Origin: Phoronis australis
Taxonomy: Eukaryota; Animalia; Phoronida
DNA: 64,000 nt
Direction of reading: 5' to 3'
NCBI GenBank assembly: GCA_002633005.1
Contig: NMRA01000945.1
Span: 6,181 to 70,180 of the forward strand
Of this stretch, positions 59,271 through 64,000 are shown piece by piece. The notes beneath the pieces are model-generated. The model saw only the letters and a list, made by a program, of their open reading frames with translations. It did no database searches and was not told the DNA's origin. Every line of letters starts with the position of its first letter. The first letter of the stretch is position 1. Made by a program: the position numbers and the translations under genes.

Positions 59271-62119
59271 TTGACTACTATTCTTGTAATAAGAGACCTA
59301 CTTGTTTATGGTCCACAGCGTTTGCGAGCGAAACCTACTTCTTTTTGTAATGCTTATTACGCGTTTTATATTTTGTGCCATCAATTAATTCTGAACAAAT
59401 TTGTCGTATTTAAAATAGTCTTCAAATGCCCAAAAGACCAAATCCGTTTTTCGTGTTGGCAATAATGACGGGATTGCTTTGGGAGTCTTAAGATAAGGTT
59501 TGACAAAGAGAGTATTGCGAGTTTCTGAGTGATTCACTAAGGCTTCGATTAAAATTCACATCTTACCAGCAGCTTCTGTTTTTTATCGTCACTCAGGTTC
59601 CATTTTCTTTAAAAAATGAAGTAAATTTTCTTCATTGCACAGTGAAGCAGACGACGGAAACGGAGTCATAGTGCGCAGCGCCACTGCCGGACGCCTGGGA
59701 TATCGCGGGAAAGCCTATACTTGGCCAACACTAAAATTGCACACATTTTTAATTACCGGGGCTAATTAATAAACTCAACATTTCCCTACGCTCTTACTGT
59801 TTTATTCACGTGTGTGCGCGTGTATGTGCGTGTGTATTTGACTCGTGTGGAGTTTTGGAATGCGGGGACATGAAATTTGTACCGCGGGCTGCCCGGGGTT
59901 TGGTGTGTGGTATAAGGGATGATGGAACTTGACACAGAGGCTCGGCAATAGAGTTTTGTCCGACCCCTACCTCCTATAGTGAGAGTATTTCGTGAGTGGG
60001 TTTTAAATAGCTTTTCTTGTGTTCATTCATTACAACACGGCTAAAGGGCTTTTAATTTCACCCCATGTCTCCTCAGTTTAATTCAAGTTGTATGGTGCTC
60101 CAGGGCTTTTGTGAACCCCGGTAACATTTACGACGGTAACAATGTTTCACTGTTACCAGTACACGCTCGCAGTCTCTATTCCATTAGTCCTCGTATGCCA
60201 CGGCGAAGTTGCGCGCTCATATCATGTCCATACAATGTCGAACGGCTGTGGTTGGAACGGACTAACAAAACTAGGTTTCAGTCACAACATACTCACTGCA
60301 TGATACGAGCTATCTTATTGATTACTGCTGATAACCTCCAAAATGACCCATTTCAAGCACGTAAACGCACAGTTATGGAAAACAACAATGTTTTTTAATG
60401 TATTACAGTCCGCGATGAGACGTTGTAAAAATCTGTCGGTGACACAGCTCAACAGGACAGCAGTAGCCACCCACAACATATGGGGAGAGTGGGAGAAAGC
60501 GACTCAGCAATAGACGTTGATGCAAACGTACTCCAATCTCGAGTCGTCAAATCCGGCAATGGCTCGATCGAGAACCAGATATTCACAATATAGACTGCTG
60601 GTGATATCCATGAAAGGCCTACAAGCATAGAAAATGGTGTCTTGGTCTACCTTTACGAAACTCACCTCTACAGTTCTGTTTCTGCACCGTGACGACCCTA
60701 TTATTTTTGTGTCTGACACACAATAGTACACACTGTGCATAAACTGAGCTGTCGACTGCTGTAATTTAGCGGCTTTCATATGCGTGTGATCCACAAGTGA
60801 CGCTTAAAATCAATACTGTGGAGAATTATATTTACTCACTATAGATAGGAATGAAATCAAGGCATCGTCTATTCATCCAGGAGAATGCGTGAAACTGCTC
60901 GACTGGTGTCTGTCGTGCAGGAGGCGCCAGAGCAGCATATCGAATTAGTAGTACCGGCCGGTAGCAATGTACAGGGCTGAGCGAAAACTTGGGGGTAGGC
61001 GTGGTGTGTAGGCTGAGATTGGAACAATGCATATAGTCGGGTGGTGACTTGGCCCGAAGGCCTGGTGGCTGTCGGCTGAGAGTGACGCAATGCATATAGA
61101 TCTGTGTGTGATTTTTTGGGGGGAGGGGGGATTGATGGTTGAGAGTGGAGAGCCGCGGTAATACGGTTATAATGAGACCAAAATCTCCCTCAGCTCCGAA
61201 AAAATCGGAAAATTTGGCTGACTTGAGTGGGCTGAAAAGTCACTTTCCAGAGGGCTTCTAAATGCATTCTTTTGACAATTGTGTACGCCTATTACACCTA
61301 GTAAATCAACCGTCTATCTTATTTATTTGTTTGTGTATTCGTTTGTTTACCTTGTACTGGTCAACTAATCATATTAGGTAGTAAACGTACTGTTTATAAG
61401 ACGGCCCTCCATACCTCATTGTCCCCTTATAGCTTTTATTAATTTATTTTACTAAGTGTTTGTCATCCTCACTTTAGTTTGTACACCTGCCTGTCTCCAT
61501 TATTGTTTGACAATGTTTCGCATTGTCGGATATCGAATTATTATTGAGGCTGGAGCAATCCTATAATCCGCGATTTTAATTGACACCTAGTTTCAGAAAA
61601 CCCATTTTTGGTGGCTTGGCAGTAACTTCAGATAGTTTAAAGTGAAGACGCAACCTCAACGACACAAGCGGATTCAGTACGTAATTGCGTTAAGCATGGA
61701 GTAAACGACGATGGTTTGAATTTATCGGCTGGCTTATACTTTTCTGTTCTTATTGCCTAACCTCAACGAAATTTTGTTATTTTAGATGCATTGGGCTAAC
61801 CACATAATCGACCCTAGCAAAGCCTTAGTAAAAAAAGAAAACGCGAGTTCAGTCATACAAATGTAAGCCCGTCAAATGATACACTGGTGAAGCTGCATTT
61901 TCGTGCCGTGTTGCGTCACCGCGAGATCCCAACACAAACAACAAAAGGCCGATAACAGTTGTATTGAATAGGGGTCTGAATAGAACGGCCATTGCGTGCG
62001 GGTGTTATCCGCAACTGGTTGAATTAAAAGGCGATTCTCGCGGTGACGTAGACATAACAAAATGGTTAGACTCCTGTCATCTTTCTTCAGATGAGAGACA
62101 GATGCATCTCGGTCAGACA

Positions 62120-62460
62120 AGGATGAATCCGGTTCGTGACAACCATGTACCGGAGCACCAAGGGTTCCGGCGGGCCTTGCGCTACTGGTAACTCTAAGCT
62201 GTTGCCATTAAGCCAGTTTCACACCTAAGATGTCAATAACGCTGTTGCCATCCAGCCAACGTTTCGTCTCCACAAGAAGAACACCACCACCACCACCAGC
62301 CTACCAGGTCCTGCCGCTCGATCCACGTCCACACCAATTACCACAGCAAGGACAGAAGGCGAGATCCACCGATCTTGCGAAGCTGTACGTCCGAGGGCTT
62401 TGCCCTCATCTACTCTACTGTCTTTCGACGTAGACAAAAGCAAGCCACTACGCCTAACAG
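62120..62460 (+). repeat. Hairpin-rich dispersed element, copy B
   Basis: Shared blocks, e.g. gctcgatccacgtccacacca and cagcaaggacagaaggcgagatc-N4-gatcttgcgaagctgt. Confidence 0.75.
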
Positions 62461-64000
62461 TTCGTTACGTTTGACATTTTATGTCACTACTTAGCTCGGA
62501 GCGATACTGTAGGAAACAAATTTACTGGTGTTACCGTTGAAGATAAGCTTTAAAAACAAATGTGACGTCAACATCTGGATGACAAAAAGGTAATTTTAAA
62601 ATAAGTTGAAATCGTGTTATAAAAGCTGCCGTTAATGTGGAGAATTATTATAATAATGTTAATTAATACGGCTTTAGTTGGTGAATTATTATAATGATAT
62701 TAATTAATACGACTTTAGTTGGTGCGTAGCCAACTTGCCGAACAAGGTCTCGAGCTGCCAATTCTTTCTAAGCTCAGAAAACACTTCCGGTTTGAGGGAC
62801 AATTTCAATAAGGGTTAAGAGGCTTTAAATAAAAGCAAATTTTTAACGGAATCCAGGTTTATAGTAGTAACAGATAAAATTATCGCTTTTTGGCGCACGG
62901 CTTCGAAAGGAGAGAGTTGGAGCAGAGTAGTCCTAACTCATGGCTATGATTGGCCTTGCACATGTGGAGAATTTCACGCTTACACTGTCACCGCTCAGAT
63001 TCCCTTAGCCCCAGACAACTTTTACGATGCCTATTCAGCACGCCCTTTGTCTTGATGTAGATCTGAGCTAATCTAATCAAGTGGAAAGATAATAGCTAGC
63101 ATTACTGTCTCAACATTGGTTGTTGTTAGTACCCCCAGTTTGGTTTTCTCTGACATTTTCAGAGTTACAACCTGCAACACTGGAAAGTAGTTTTAACTCG
63201 GTACATTATAAATATTACAAAATGACTAAAAAGGTTAACTTGTGTTTATCTTCACAAAGGGCCACTTCCCAAAGGAACGATATGTTTCATATTGGTTTTC
63301 TTTATTTAATTTTTAATGCTTCTGCCCACTTGTTTTTTTTTTTTCTTACCGGTTACGGGTTGATAACTTTTTATATAAGTTTTAAACTTGAAATACCAAA
63401 ACAGTGGTAGATTTTGATCGCCTGCGAAACTTAATTAGTTAAGTTCATTGTGAGCCCATCCCTAAACTTCCCACATTACAGGTGCACTAAACATTTCACG
63501 TGTCATTAAAGTTTAATCTTTAATAGAACTCAAATCATAAAATACATACAAAAGTGCAAAGATGGTGATAACTAACCTGAAGATTTGGAATCTCTGGACA
63601 ATTTCGGTGGCACTGACTCTATAACTATTGTAGCTCTTTGTCAGTAATAAAAAATAAAAAGTGGGCACAAGTTAAGTACAGCTGTTTCCTGGTAAAAAAT
63701 CTGGTTAAACGAGATTGAAAGAACATTAAAAATGAATCCATGTGACATTGATCAGCGTTTGTATATCCACCGAGTATATCAATACGCGCTGTAGTTTGTC
63801 TTCAATCGTACACGATGGTTGTAGTTTTTAGATTATTAGGCTACTTCATCGATTTTCAAAAATCGAAAACCGTACTTGGATGTTTTTTTCCAGATGAATA
63901 CCGCCGTGGTGTTCGTTTTTAACGAAAATTAGTGGTTAATGCATTTTGAAAATTTGCCATTATGTACTGTCAGAGATGTTTAATACAGATTATGGTCGCC

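Overview
AT-rich animal (invertebrate-type) genomic DNA. Most of the window is one large minus-strand, multi-exon gene encoding a BAIAP3/Munc13-4 (UNC13D)-family C2-MUN vesicle-priming protein. I reconstructed 21 phase-compatible GT-AG exons by hand, from an ATG at 54549 down to 695. Together they give 2457 nt (819 codons): N-terminus, Ca2+-type C2A domain and part of the MUN domain. The gene continues past base 1. There is a likely alternative first coding exon (47749-47780) and a candidate 12-nt microexon (6304-6315). The introns hold many different minisatellites, several running into splice junctions. They also hold non-autonomous DNA transposons: Harbinger-type MITEs, a Kolobok-like element with transposase relics, and HINE/pearl-like elements carrying arrays of CTCF-like motifs. 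Upstream of the gene are a CpG-rich promoter region, a tRNA-like relic and two diverged copies of a hairpin-rich element whose stems appear to covary; this element is the best candidate for an undescribed structured element. No prokaryotic systems or CRISPR arrays are present, and most ORFs in the supplied track are spurious. One assembly gap lies at 14363-14860.
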